In this document: in pieces, positions 63,612 to 64,000 of the stretch | Layout of the letters: each line of letters opens with the position of its first letter | Position numbering within the stretch: the first letter of the stretch is position 1 | Assembly (NCBI GenBank): GCA_020137815.1 | Contig: CM035352.1 | Coordinates: 1,736,001 to 1,800,000 of the forward strand | Length of the DNA: 64,000 nt | Direction: 5' to 3' | Origin: Hormiphora californensis | Lineage: Eukaryota > Animalia > Ctenophora | The notes under the pieces: model-generated | What the model was told of the DNA's origin: nothing | Database searches by the model: none | What the model saw: the letters and a program-made list of their open reading frames with translations, nothing else | Translations under genes and position numbers: made by a program

Positions 63612-64000
63612 AAAGCATGACTTGTTTTGAATTTCAGAAGTTTTTTATTATCTCCACAGATTAGTTGTTTTAACTTTTACACTTTTGTACTGAAAACGAA
63701 CTCGGAACTGGGGCGGCAAAAATATTTCCTGGCTGTAACCGAACTGGGCTGATTACTGAGCATGTTAACATTAATATTGATAGCCAACGGTAGACATCGA
63801 CACAAGGATTAACTATTGATAGTAGCAATACAGACTTGCTGGATGACGGCTGATGACGAAACGAACAGATGACGAAAAGCAGCGAGTTTGTTGTGACAAA
63901 AGTTTTGGATAAGATCAAAATCTGGATTTAGCTCTGCGCGGCGTGCGCGTACCATTACGAAATGTTGACAAAGTGCACTTTTCATAGTAAAGTTGCGCGC

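Overview
Eukaryotic (animal) genomic DNA with compact GT-AG-spliced genes; the MITE repertoire and gene style recall the ctenophore Pleurobrachia (recognition from memory, not verified). Positions 1-33.5 kb hold six tightly packed + strand genes: GNL1, UBE2T, a C2H2-ZNF gene, a hidden 116-aa membrane microprotein, NHLRC2 and a stand-alone OPRT. The five whose starts lie in the window have an AG acceptor-like site just before the ATG (three share TAG|CTAA-N1-2-ATG), suggesting a trans-spliced operon. A secreted Kazal/GCC/fucolectin-like/kringle mosaic gene is nested antisense in an 8.1-kb GNL1 intron. A ZNF intron holds a piggyBac remnant whose Cys-rich domain is split exactly by a full-length CR1-type LINE. 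Further along are an orphan 7TM gene, a secreted stonustoxin-family pore-forming protein with chitin-binding, FN3 and PAN modules (the most striking coding feature), an unknown protein, an ultra-short tropomyosin-like gene, a tRNA-SINE, SAMD15 (its intron carries 0.8-kb and 3.6-kb palindromic elements) and an intronless TMC gene. Tandem repeats repeatedly sit on splice junctions. Many genes carry mostly +1 single-base frameshifts, most likely residual long-read errors. All models were hand-spliced; no searches were run.
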